Position numbers and translations under genes: made by a program. Positions 1 to 9,353 of a stretch of DNA of 64,000 bases are shown here, in pieces. Every line of letters begins with the position of its first letter. Position 1 is the stretch's first letter. The notes under the pieces were generated by a model that searched no databases, was not told where the DNA came from, and saw only the letters and a list, made by a program, of their open reading frames with translations. This DNA is from a virus, in IMG/VR virus record IMGVR_UViG_3300045538_000426, positions 1 to 64,000 of that record, one strand, 5' to 3'.

Positions 1-158
1 TCGAAAGACTCCACCGTTATAACTTCACAAAACACAATCTTGAGAAAAAATTGGATAAGTTCGATAAAACCTTAACCGAGTGGCAAAACATGCAACTTAA
101 TGGTTATGACCGGATTTGGGATTGTGGTCACAGTAAATGGGTCTTCTCCCCACAATAA
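1..158 (+). CDS. 3' end of a Hef-like/VSR-type free-standing homing endonuclease (partial)
   Basis: Frame 3 reads ERLHRYNFTKHNLEKKLDKFDKTLTEWQNMQLNGYDRIWDCGHSKWVFSPQ to TAA at 156-158. The HRxxFxK...TE..NM..NGYxRIWDCG..KW signature is recalled from C-terminal nuclease domains of jumbo-phage homing endonucleases. Confidence 0.65.
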   Translation, partial: ERLHRYNFTKHNLEKKLDKFDKTLTEWQNMQLNGYDRIWDCGHSKWVFSPQ

Positions 159-185
159 TTCCTCCTTAAAATCAAGTCTATGGTA

Positions 186-193
186 TATTTATA
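186..193 (+). promoter_or_regulatory. late-type promoter box TATTTATA
   Basis: TATTTATA lies 11 nt before the ATG at 205; the same box recurs before many other genes in the window. Confidence 0.6.
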
Positions 194-204
194 CCGTATA
201 AACT

Positions 205-2712
205 ATGGCCGATAAAGACACAACAAAAGAAGCAGAGAGGGCGTCACAGATTCAGGCCAAGTCTATAGATCAAATAAAAGAAAGTCGAGATCTCCAGAAG
301 GAACTCGCAAAAATACTTAAATCACAGGGAACATTATACGAAGAACATACAGATAGCATAGGATTGGCAGCAAAGAAACTCACTCAGATTGATGTCTTAA
401 ATGCCAAAATAAGAAATTCGACCGCGACTGCTAACTCCCTTTCCATGAGAGGCGTTGAGTTGTCGAAACAAATGACTAAACAGTCGGAGAAGGTAAATCA
501 GTTGCAAGAAAAAAGGATTGAACATCAACTGGAGTTGGCCGATCTAGCAGAAAAAATGAGAAATCATGTAAGCGGTGTTGCCGTTCTAGCAGATTTGGCC
601 GCTGTTAAAAGACTTGAACTTGCAATCAAAGATGAAAAACTGGAGATAAAAAAGGCCAAGGGAAGAGAAACATATCAGAGAAATAAGTTGTCGGGTATGG
701 ATAAGGAATTAAAGGCCACCCTTTCAATGAAAAAAAATGAGGAAGAGACTGTAGCTCTGAACAAAATCAAGATACTGATGTTGGAACAGTTAAACAAACT
801 GTCGGCAGTCACTTTATCGTTTTACAAGAAAATTTGGGAAATATTTAAACAGTTCGATGAGGGGATGTTTTCTCTCCGAAAACACTTCGGCCTTTTTAGA
901 AATGAAAGTGCGGTTATCGAGGATATGGCCAAGTCGATTGCTGTAGAATTTGCCGGACTTGGTGTGACAATAGAAATGTCTTCCGGAGCAATCAAAGCTA
1001 TCGGAGACAGTTTCGGCTTATTATCTTCCTTTACTAAGGAGATGGTTTCTGATATATCGCTTTTCTCCGCTTCCCTTGGGATATCGGAAAAAACCTCCGC
1101 TAGTGTATTACACACATTTGCTAGTATGTCCGGAAAAGTTTTAAAAGATTCAAATGAAGGAATGATGGGTTTTGCATCATCACTATCCGCCGCAGCAGGA
1201 ACAAATCTTAACGAAGTGATGTCGGATATAGCCCAATCCTCCGATTCCGTCAGATCGACCTTCCGTGGAAATACAATAGAGCTCATAAAGGCAACGGTTG
1301 AAGCTAGGCGAATGGGAATGAGTCTGGAGGGAATGGCAAAAACATCAGAAAGTCTCCTCGATTTTAATTCATCTGTGAACGCTGAGATGGAAGCGAGCGT
1401 TCTTCTAGGAAAGAATCTTAACTTTATAGAAGCTCGTAGAGCTGCGTTCGTGGGTGATTATAGGAAACAAAGTGAAGAAATCCTAAAAGTGGTTCAACGA
1501 GCCGGAGATTTTGACAAAATGAACATGATGCAGAGGCAAGCTCTAGCTAAAGCAGCAGGCATGTCGGTCGGAGAACTGCAAAAAATGGTTCAACGGAAAA
1601 AGGAAATTGATTACATAGAAAAATCAGGAACAGACGCACAGAAAGCTCAACTTAAACGAGAGAGAGAGATGTTGACGTTGGCTGAGGCCGAGGCCAAGGA
1701 TATTGGGAAGGTGTTTGATAAGAGGATGGCAATGGAATCAAATCAAACACGAATGAATAACCTCCAACAACAGTTTAATAAACTTATTTTGGATATCGGA
1801 AAGCCAATACTAGATGTGATAGAACCTTTGCTTAGACTTGCTGTAGAGATTTTGCCAAAAATAACTAATTTTTTCAAATCGCACCCAGTGATTTTGAAAG
1901 GAACTTTGATAACCATCACCGCGATATCCGTAGCCCTTTCTGCTGCCGTTACAACGATGACGGCGTTAGCTACAATTTCTACGATATTTGGAACGGGAAT
2001 CGCATTAACTTCAATTGCTGCTGCAAAAGCAGCAGCATCGGTTGCTTTGTTTGGGACTGCTATTGCTGCTGTGTGGGTTGCAGCAGCAGCAGCAGTGGGC
2101 GTGTTCTTCTATTATGTAGGAGGGGGAATTTATGATAGATTCACGGAACAGTTCGATGTTCTAGGAGACTGGCTAGTAGAGAAATGGGATATGATATGTG
2201 ATGATTTCTTAGGCGGCATAACATCTATAAACAAGGACATTTTATCCGCACTAACGTGGCCGTTTGAGTCGTTTTGGTCGTGGGTTAAGAATTTGGGAAT
2301 TTTAGGAAATTCCCCTTCCAAGTTAGGCCTAAGTATTGTAGATGGTATAATCTCTGTTGGAACAATGTTGTTAGACGCGTTGATGTATCCATTCAAATCA
2401 GCCTACACCTTCATCACAGAGTTGTTCGGTAAGATTCCAGAATTCATTTCCTCGGTGTTCAAACGTGGCATTGATTTTGCAATGAAACTCCCTGGTATGG
2501 GAGGTCTGATGAAGGTGATGGATAAGTTGACTGGATCCACATCAACCCCAACAGCCTCCGCTGAAACCAAGAATTCGACCAATTCAAAAGATACCGACCA
2601 ACTTGTTCTTGCTAAGTTGACGGAACTCGTTGATTTGATGCGTGCTGGTGGTATTGTTATCAACCTCGATGGACGTAAGGTAAGTGAAGCTCTCGCTCAC
2701 GCATCCCGATAA
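205..2712 (+). CDS. tail tape-measure-like protein
   Basis: 835 aa, mostly predicted helical/coiled-coil, with an Ala-rich hydrophobic stretch and a C-terminal VINLDGRKVSEAL motif typical of tape measures; first gene of a baseplate cluster. Confidence 0.75.
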   Translation: MADKDTTKEAERASQIQAKSIDQIKESRDLQKELAKILKSQGTLYEEHTDSIGLAAKKLTQIDVLNAKIRNSTATANSLSMRGVELSKQMTKQSEKVNQLQEKRIEHQLELADLAEKMRNHVSGVAVLADLAAVKRLELAIKDEKLEIKKAKGRETYQRNKLSGMDKELKATLSMKKNEEETVALNKIKILMLEQLNKLSAVTLSFYKKIWEIFKQFDEGMFSLRKHFGLFRNESAVIEDMAKSIAVEFAGLGVTIEMSSGAIKAIGDSFGLLSSFTKEMVSDISLFSASLGISEKTSASVLHTFASMSGKVLKDSNEGMMGFASSLSAAAGTNLNEVMSDIAQSSDSVRSTFRGNTIELIKATVEARRMGMSLEGMAKTSESLLDFNSSVNAEMEASVLLGKNLNFIEARRAAFVGDYRKQSEEILKVVQRAGDFDKMNMMQRQALAKAAGMSVGELQKMVQRKKEIDYIEKSGTDAQKAQLKREREMLTLAEAEAKDIGKVFDKRMAMESNQTRMNNLQQQFNKLILDIGKPILDVIEPLLRLAVEILPKITNFFKSHPVILKGTLITITAISVALSAAVTTMTALATISTIFGTGIALTSIAAAKAAASVALFGTAIAAVWVAAAAAVGVFFYYVGGGIYDRFTEQFDVLGDWLVEKWDMICDDFLGGITSINKDILSALTWPFESFWSWVKNLGILGNSPSKLGLSIVDGIISVGTMLLDALMYPFKSAYTFITELFGKIPEFISSVFKRGIDFAMKLPGMGGLMKVMDKLTGSTSTPTASAETKNSTNSKDTDQLVLAKLTELVDLMRAGGIVINLDGRKVSEALAHASR

Positions 2713-2721
2713 TCATAATTT

Positions 2722-4878
2722 ATGGCAATACCAACTCGTTCACCTGTAGGAAAAATACAACAGCTGTATGCTGCTAACAACAAGTCGTTATACACGAGGA
2801 TTTCTCCATACACCGAAAACTCCGGTCTTCTTTCATTTGGTCCAAGGCAGCCGTATGTGACGTCCAATCCGAATCAAGGCAGAAGCGGAATAAATGCTAT
2901 CAGAAGATTCGACAGTCGAGTGTTTCCAATCGGAAGCAGTCTGTTAGACACCCAACGCGTTGCTAAGTTCATGGTATCTGGAAACGGAATAATATTTCTA
3001 GCCAAACAGATTCTTCTACAGAAGTCACAACCGTTCAACGAAACCAGGATTTACAACCCACTAAGTCCACTACTAGCGGTATCAACTAGAATAAACCCAT
3101 TCTCTGATAAAAACCCACTTAGGTTCATTGATACTACCGGAGGTGCATTGGGAGCTTTATCATCCCTCGTTGGAATTTCTATAAATAACACACCAACTGC
3201 TCCAAAAGGAACGGTTGGTGAAGATGCAATGCCCCTTAAAAGCCCAGCGAATTCCAAGGGATTGTTAAGAGCACAAACCGCAATCAGTGGGTATAATAGA
3301 CTGACCAAAGTGTCGGGTGGAGAAAAAAAATTGTCCGATGGTTTAAAGTCCATGGCAAAGAGCTTATTCGGCGGGTTCGGTGTTCAAAAACAACCGGATA
3401 ATACAAACTTCCGCGCCGATGAGGGTGGATATGGAATACAACTGTCGCCGATTCCGTCGAACGAGGCCTCTAAGTTTGATTACTATGATAAAAACGGAGC
3501 GATTGTAAAGTGGGGAAAAGATTACTTCATGCGATTTGAAGCTGGTAAAAACAATGGGAACGCAAAAGAAAACATAAAGAAAAAGGGAGAGGAATCCATC
3601 ACGACGGCGGATAAACTGGTGACTATATTCAGTCGAAAAGTCCCAAAGACATCGAAATACTTTGATGAACCGCTGGGATATGATCCAAAAACAACCGCTG
3701 ACGGTTACATTAGATACGGAGACAACTTAGGACACTTGCGGGCGGAATTGGAGAATTCTCCATTCAAGTTCTCTGAGATGTTATCGATTTACAAGGTATA
3801 CACCGACACAACTTCACTTGATAGAGTAAGGACCGAAAGCAAGTTTAACGATAGAAACAAAAAATCAGTAAAAGACGTTGAGGATAGTCTCAATCGTGTC
3901 ATGCGGTCAATAAAAAACGCAGGATATGATTACGTTACCAAAAATGGTTACGACAAGTCAGTGAAACAATTCTCAGATGGTGGGTTTGTCGGGTTAGATG
4001 AGATCACTTACAGAACAAAGCACGCACAACATACGGGACTTGGTCCGGAAAACTATCTGGGGTCTTACGGAATATCAGTAAAAGATAATCCACATCACAT
4101 AGATAAAGTGAAGGGATTTGCTGGCCATGCACGTGCAGACAAGATAAACACACTGACCATTCTGAGTAAGAAAGTGGGTGAATCCGTTCTCACCAATGAA
4201 GACGGTATACAGAAACTCAACCCATACACGGAAGACCAGATAGCCTTTTTCTTCCACGATTTAGTGAACGACCGATATATACCATTCCGTTGCACCGTAA
4301 AGGGAGTAAACGAGTCTCTCACCGCCAACTGGTCAGATGTGTCTTATATAGGACGGGCTGATAAATTATACAACTACACCGGATTTGGTCGTGAATTGAA
4401 CTTTAGCTTCACCGTGGCTGCTATGAGTATCAAAGAACTTCTGCCGATGTGGACGCGGATAAATTATCTCGCTGGACTTGTAAAGCCGGCAAAATATACC
4501 GAGTCTAATTATACTGTGGAGAAAAACATAATCAACAACAGCAGTTTCATAATTCCACCGTTAGTGGCGATAACAATCGGTGATTTGTATAAAGAACAAC
4601 CTCTCGTATTGAAATCGATAGGAATACAAATACCAGAAGGCGCTTTGTGGGAAACGATATCCGAAAACAGACCGGGAAATGAAGACTGGAAGTATTTGAA
4701 TGATAAGATAGTTTACACCGATTCTAAAGAATTGGGAAAATTTGCCCAATTTCCCCGTGAATGTGAGATAAGTATTAACGGATCGCTGTTGGAGAAGCAA
4801 CGTCCTATGGTCGGTTTGAACAACTTCGGTGGTGTATCTGATGGCGGAAAGTTCTCAAGTAACTTAACACGCGTATGA
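2722..4878 (+). CDS. baseplate/tail tube initiator-like structural protein
   Basis: C-terminal YIPFRCTVKGVNESLTANWSDVSYIGRADKLYNYTGFGRELNFSF resembles contractile-system tube-initiator domains; located between the tape measure and the LysM-like gene. Confidence 0.6.
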   Translation: MAIPTRSPVGKIQQLYAANNKSLYTRISPYTENSGLLSFGPRQPYVTSNPNQGRSGINAIRRFDSRVFPIGSSLLDTQRVAKFMVSGNGIIFLAKQILLQKSQPFNETRIYNPLSPLLAVSTRINPFSDKNPLRFIDTTGGALGALSSLVGISINNTPTAPKGTVGEDAMPLKSPANSKGLLRAQTAISGYNRLTKVSGGEKKLSDGLKSMAKSLFGGFGVQKQPDNTNFRADEGGYGIQLSPIPSNEASKFDYYDKNGAIVKWGKDYFMRFEAGKNNGNAKENIKKKGEESITTADKLVTIFSRKVPKTSKYFDEPLGYDPKTTADGYIRYGDNLGHLRAELENSPFKFSEMLSIYKVYTDTTSLDRVRTESKFNDRNKKSVKDVEDSLNRVMRSIKNAGYDYVTKNGYDKSVKQFSDGGFVGLDEITYRTKHAQHTGLGPENYLGSYGISVKDNPHHIDKVKGFAGHARADKINTLTILSKKVGESVLTNEDGIQKLNPYTEDQIAFFFHDLVNDRYIPFRCTVKGVNESLTANWSDVSYIGRADKLYNYTGFGRELNFSFTVAAMSIKELLPMWTRINYLAGLVKPAKYTESNYTVEKNIINNSSFIIPPLVAITIGDLYKEQPLVLKSIGIQIPEGALWETISENRPGNEDWKYLNDKIVYTDSKELGKFAQFPRECEISINGSLLEKQRPMVGLNNFGGVSDGGKFSSNLTRV

Positions 4879-5174
4879 CTCGTTACGATATAAACAAAAA
4901 CATTAAGACAAGGTTTGATGGAAGGCGTTTTTTTGGAACACGATTGTGTCCAAACATCGCCGAGTCAGACAGTGACATCATCTATATAACTAAGGAAACG
5001 GATTATTTGGATTCGCTCGCACATCGTTTCTATAAAGACAAAACTCTATGGTGGGTGATTGCTGCTGCCAACAATATGGGGAACGGCCGGTTGAGTGTAG
5101 AACCGGGTCTTCAGATAAGAATTCCAATGAGAATCGAACAAATTCTTGCGGGATACAATAAAATAAATAGTTGA
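4875..5174 (+). CDS. LysM/gpX-like baseplate protein
   Basis: DYLDSLAHRFYKDKTLWWVIAAANN...PGLQIRIP is the LysM-like tail protein X pattern; ATGA overlap with the upstream gene. Confidence 0.75.
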   Translation: MTRYDINKNIKTRFDGRRFFGTRLCPNIAESDSDIIYITKETDYLDSLAHRFYKDKTLWWVIAAANNMGNGRLSVEPGLQIRIPMRIEQILAGYNKINS

Positions 5175-5175
5175 T

Positions 5176-7548
5176 ATGGCAATTCAATTGTTACCACCAT
5201 ACGCATCAGTCCCAATTAGCGGATACATGCGCAGCGAATTTAAACGACGACGAGACACGTATGGGATGAAATATGTCGGCAACAGTTCGTATGGGACCCA
5301 AGGACCGGATATACCTAGAATGGCTGATTATCGAGGTCCGATGTCATCGTGGATTCGTGTTGTTTCCAATGGAATAACCAACGAACATGGCACTGGTTTT
5401 GTTTTGAAAGGTGGCGACGGATTCGACGCATCCTATGGGTATGGGATAAACGGAAGTAAGAAATCAGTTATTGGATATACTCACAACGGCACCCCACACG
5501 TCATTGACAATTCCCGTGCAGAAACATTACAGAAACACCGCCCGATACCCGGTATAGAGAGCATCGAGGTCGATATCAGAAAAGATGTTTATAGACTGGC
5601 GTTCATAAAGTGGAAGTGTTATTCCGTGGAACAGTTGAATTACATGATGCCTTATATGTTCACTCCGTATACCACGGTGTTATTGGAGTGGGGGTGGAAT
5701 AACTACAATCCACAAAGCTTAATAGATATATCCAAACCAGGTGAACCCACCGAGTTCGTCGAAAATGAAACGGAAATAAAAAAACCAGGGTCAGGGATGT
5801 TGGGGGCTTACATGAACCCGGGGTTAATTGAAGATGGACTTAGAATATCAGAAGGACGATACGATGGCATGATAGGTCACATCGTTAATTTCGACTTCAC
5901 ATTCAATCCATCAGAAATGTGTTTTAATTGCACAACTGAGATTGCTTCTAACAGCAGATTTTATTTTGGATTGATCGCTGATTCGACTTCTGCGGAAATA
6001 GAACAAACCCATTTACTAAACAATTTATCAAAAGCGACAAAATTGGATTTCTTTTCCACAACTGTACCCGCGTTTCTGAACGACTATCTAGCCAATTTCT
6101 CAGTCGAGGGACAGTCAAAAGCTAAAGCTGGCCATGAAGATAAAAACCCGTATCTTAAATTAATAAAAGGAAGGATTTTCTCTCCGAACTATTATCTCTC
6201 GACACTGAATGGCAATAAGACTCAGTCGGCAGGACACATTTACGTGTCGTTTGGATTGTTAGTGGATATACTGAATAAGGAATTCGCCAATCCTACAAAT
6301 CAAATAAACATCAAAATTGAAAATCAGAAAATCGGAGGTCATCCGAATTTGGTTTCCTGTTCTGATAAATTTTTGATACCGAATGCGTCGGCGCCATATT
6401 TCAACCCAAGTACATTATCTGATTCAGTGTCTCCTGGTTATGCCGATGAGCCGGTTTTATACGAGTCTTCAGCTGGAAATGAAAATCAAACGTCGGATAA
6501 ACTTCTCAAGAAAATACTTTTCACAAAAAAACGTCAAAATTTAGATAAAGTTATAAACTATTTGAAAGTGGAGCCGGTGGAAACACAATTTCCATCTTCG
6601 GCTAACCACTATGAGGGAATGTTGAAGAATATTTATTTGAGTTTTGATTTTTTGAAAGAACAAATCAGTTCCACCCCTGATCTAAGAAGTTTTCTAAAAT
6701 CCATATGTGAGATGTTAAATGATAACGTTCCCGTGTGGAGACTTGAAGTCATTGAATGGGAAAACAACATATCAATACGGGACATTAACTACCTTGACGT
6801 GGAAATCCTTACTAAGAAAAAAGCATCATTTGGCATAGACAATGGAGATCCTGCTATCTATATGTTTGACGCTTTTTCACGGAATTCGTTTTTCAAAGAA
6901 TTTGGCTTCAATGTCAAATTATCAGACGCGATAGCTAATGCTGTTGTAAATCAAGTAAACAATCAGATTGTTTCTGATAAGAAAGGTGAACCGGAGAGTT
7001 CTACTGGAAACGTGACGAACCGACTATATGTATTTCCTGTAGTAAACGACGTTTTGCTTAAAGGAATGCCGACACGTAAAGCAGGTTCTATCGAGGGCAT
7101 ACCGAATACACCACTCTCCTCAACGATTGCGGCGAGCTTGGCCGCGATTGTGAAACGTGAAGCCGATGAGTTAACGAACATCGACCACGCGACAATTTCC
7201 TTTAGAAAAAGTATAAAAGTCGACGGAAAGCCGACCACGGGCGTAATCAGACTCGTAATGCCGGGTGAATCCGGTAAGGCTAAGCTAAAACAATTATTGG
7301 ATGACAATAGCGTGGAGTTTTCTAGTATAAGCACCATGCCGATTCCCGGTGTGAAGGTGGAATTTTCAATCTTAGGAATATCCGGGTTCAGAATGTTTCA
7401 GATATTTGGTGTAAACAACTTACCGAAACCATATGACAACGTTTTCTTCCAGATAACGGAGTTGAGACATAGCGTCTCCGATGATGGTTGGATAACACGA
7501 GTCACCGCTGCCGTCCGTCCGAGGGGGTCTATATTATCTTTGATATAA
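5176..7548 (+). CDS. baseplate hub-like protein (gp27/late control D-like)
   Basis: 790 aa; C-terminal EFSILGISGFRMFQIF...FFQITELRHSVSDDGWITRVTA matches hub C-terminal barrels; synteny with the preceding tail genes. Confidence 0.6.
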   Translation: MAIQLLPPYASVPISGYMRSEFKRRRDTYGMKYVGNSSYGTQGPDIPRMADYRGPMSSWIRVVSNGITNEHGTGFVLKGGDGFDASYGYGINGSKKSVIGYTHNGTPHVIDNSRAETLQKHRPIPGIESIEVDIRKDVYRLAFIKWKCYSVEQLNYMMPYMFTPYTTVLLEWGWNNYNPQSLIDISKPGEPTEFVENETEIKKPGSGMLGAYMNPGLIEDGLRISEGRYDGMIGHIVNFDFTFNPSEMCFNCTTEIASNSRFYFGLIADSTSAEIEQTHLLNNLSKATKLDFFSTTVPAFLNDYLANFSVEGQSKAKAGHEDKNPYLKLIKGRIFSPNYYLSTLNGNKTQSAGHIYVSFGLLVDILNKEFANPTNQINIKIENQKIGGHPNLVSCSDKFLIPNASAPYFNPSTLSDSVSPGYADEPVLYESSAGNENQTSDKLLKKILFTKKRQNLDKVINYLKVEPVETQFPSSANHYEGMLKNIYLSFDFLKEQISSTPDLRSFLKSICEMLNDNVPVWRLEVIEWENNISIRDINYLDVEILTKKKASFGIDNGDPAIYMFDAFSRNSFFKEFGFNVKLSDAIANAVVNQVNNQIVSDKKGEPESSTGNVTNRLYVFPVVNDVLLKGMPTRKAGSIEGIPNTPLSSTIAASLAAIVKREADELTNIDHATISFRKSIKVDGKPTTGVIRLVMPGESGKAKLKQLLDDNSVEFSSISTMPIPGVKVEFSILGISGFRMFQIFGVNNLPKPYDNVFFQITELRHSVSDDGWITRVTAAVRPRGSILSLI

Positions 7549-7928
7549 TGAAAAACATTCTCGTTCAGTATTCTAAATTAAGTCCGATTTCGTTGAATTT
7601 CGTGTATGCCGAGGAGTTTCTCCCATCTCCGAGTAAATCGGATTATGACGAAGGTGTAATCACACGATATTTCGTAAGAAAAGTAAACGACCCCGCTATT
7701 ATTGAGGTAGATTTGGCAAATTACGAATCTGTGTCAAGCGCACTGTATAGTAGAGTTGATTTGGAATGGGTAATTTCCGGCCCCAAAAACAACGTATATT
7801 TTGAAGGAAAGATTCAACTATCCGGTGCGTCGGAAAAGAATGCCAAATCCGTGACCGCTGCTGCCAAGTCAATGAACGGAATCGAAAACAAACTGATAAA
7901 TTTTTCTCAGTTTTTCCGAAGCAAATAG
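7548..7928 (+). CDS. hypothetical protein, probably structural
   Basis: ATG at 7548 overlaps the TAA of the hub gene; PSPSKSDYDEGVITRYFVRKVND motif. Confidence 0.55.
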   Translation: MKNILVQYSKLSPISLNFVYAEEFLPSPSKSDYDEGVITRYFVRKVNDPAIIEVDLANYESVSSALYSRVDLEWVISGPKNNVYFEGKIQLSGASEKNAKSVTAAAKSMNGIENKLINFSQFFRSK

Positions 7929-7929
7929 A

Positions 7930-7958
7930 TTGACAATCGACTATGGGTGGTATAAGAT
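7930..7958 (+). promoter_or_regulatory. sigma70-type promoter before the PolA-like gene
   Basis: TTGACA at 7930-7935, then TGG-TATAAG at 7948-7956 (or TAAGAT with a 17 nt spacer). Confidence 0.6.
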
Positions 7959-7967
7959 ATCACCGAT

Positions 7968-9338
7968 ATGGAAGTTGTCGATTCACTATCTTACAAATCA
8001 TTTATAAGTGGGATACACTCACAAGATGTGTTTGTGGATTATGTCCTATCCAAGAATGGAATCCACACCGCTGACAACACCGTGATGTCATTGTTCGTTA
8101 AGAATATCAAAAGTGGTAAAACTTACGTGGTTAACGTGAATCACCAAGACATCGCTCCTACGGGAATAGAAATTCAAAAATTGGTAGGATTGGTCGTGGA
8201 TATTGCAGGTCGTGTTTTTGTCGTCGACAAAAAGAGATTTGTCAATCTGTTCAAAAAATCAAACGTCAATGATATATTGATATTCGAGTTCCAACAGGGT
8301 TACGAGTTGACCGACCTCCTCGAACTTAGGACGGATTATCACGTTCTTATAGAAAGGGAGTTGGGTGAATCGTATGTCGGCCTTAACCACGTCATTCCAC
8401 TTGCAAAACACATTGAACGGTTCGAAAAAACATTCTGTCACTTTAAAGAAAGTTTGGTTGAGTTTGAATCCGATTATTCATTTGAGAAGGTCAATGGAGT
8501 TATAACCGAGACTTTAAGCGACGTTGAGTCGAACGGCATATGCATTGACGTGGATATATTTAACCAACATTTCTCAGATAGAGGGGTGGTGGAGAGGTCA
8601 CCGATGGTCTATTCTGAATACAACCTATTTACATCTACCGGTCGACCGAGCAATCGATTTGCTAAAGTAAATTATGCTGCTTTGAATAAAGACGATGGCA
8701 GTAGGTCGTCATTCATCTCTAGGTTTGGTTCGGATGGGGTTTTGGTGTGTATAGACTATAGTGCATACCACCCACATATAGTGGCGAATCTAATCAATTT
8801 TAAATTAGACCCTACCACGAATGTCTATGCGTTCCTAGGCAAGTCATTCTTTAATAAGGAAGAATTGACTACTGAAGAGATTAAATCGTCAAAAAACATC
8901 ACATTCCAGAATTTCTACGGAGGAATTCGGTCGGAATATATGGGAGTGGAGTTCTTCAAAAAGACCGCTGAATACATCGAACACCGTTGGAATTTCTTTT
9001 TAAAGAATGGGTATGTGGAAACTCCGGTGTTCAAACGTCGGATAACGAACCACCATATTTCCGACCCAAATCCCAACAAGCTGTTCAATTATCTTCTACA
9101 AGCAGCGGAAACGGAATTTTCTATACAAAACATCGCACGGGTGAATGATTTTCTGAAAACCAAACAATCCAAAGTGGTTCTGTATACATACGACTCCATC
9201 CTTGTAGATGCGTCGAAGGAAGATGGTAAGGAAACCCTCATCCGAATCAGGGATATTATGGTGGATAACCAGTTCCCCGTAAAGTGTCACGTTGGAAAAA
9301 ATTATAACGATTTGTGTGAAATTGAACTCAAACATTGA
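7968..9338 (+). CDS. divergent family A DNA polymerase (Klenow-like, no 5'-3' exonuclease)
   Basis: TSTGRPSN, motif A IDYSAYHPH, motif B KNITFQNFYGG, YLLQAAETE, motif C LYTYDSILVD; both catalytic Asp retained. Confidence 0.8.
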   Translation: MEVVDSLSYKSFISGIHSQDVFVDYVLSKNGIHTADNTVMSLFVKNIKSGKTYVVNVNHQDIAPTGIEIQKLVGLVVDIAGRVFVVDKKRFVNLFKKSNVNDILIFEFQQGYELTDLLELRTDYHVLIERELGESYVGLNHVIPLAKHIERFEKTFCHFKESLVEFESDYSFEKVNGVITETLSDVESNGICIDVDIFNQHFSDRGVVERSPMVYSEYNLFTSTGRPSNRFAKVNYAALNKDDGSRSSFISRFGSDGVLVCIDYSAYHPHIVANLINFKLDPTTNVYAFLGKSFFNKEELTTEEIKSSKNITFQNFYGGIRSEYMGVEFFKKTAEYIEHRWNFFLKNGYVETPVFKRRITNHHISDPNPNKLFNYLLQAAETEFSIQNIARVNDFLKTKQSKVVLYTYDSILVDASKEDGKETLIRIRDIMVDNQFPVKCHVGKNYNDLCEIELKH

Positions 9339-9353
9339 TATTTATGACACATA

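Noticed and set aside
7899-7928. NFSQFFRSK C-terminus counted as a clamp-binding motif
   Set aside because: It is in a probable structural gene, lacks the K-[AS]-x-E context and acidic flank, and is followed by basic residues. It is kept as a reminder that terminal FF can arise by chance.
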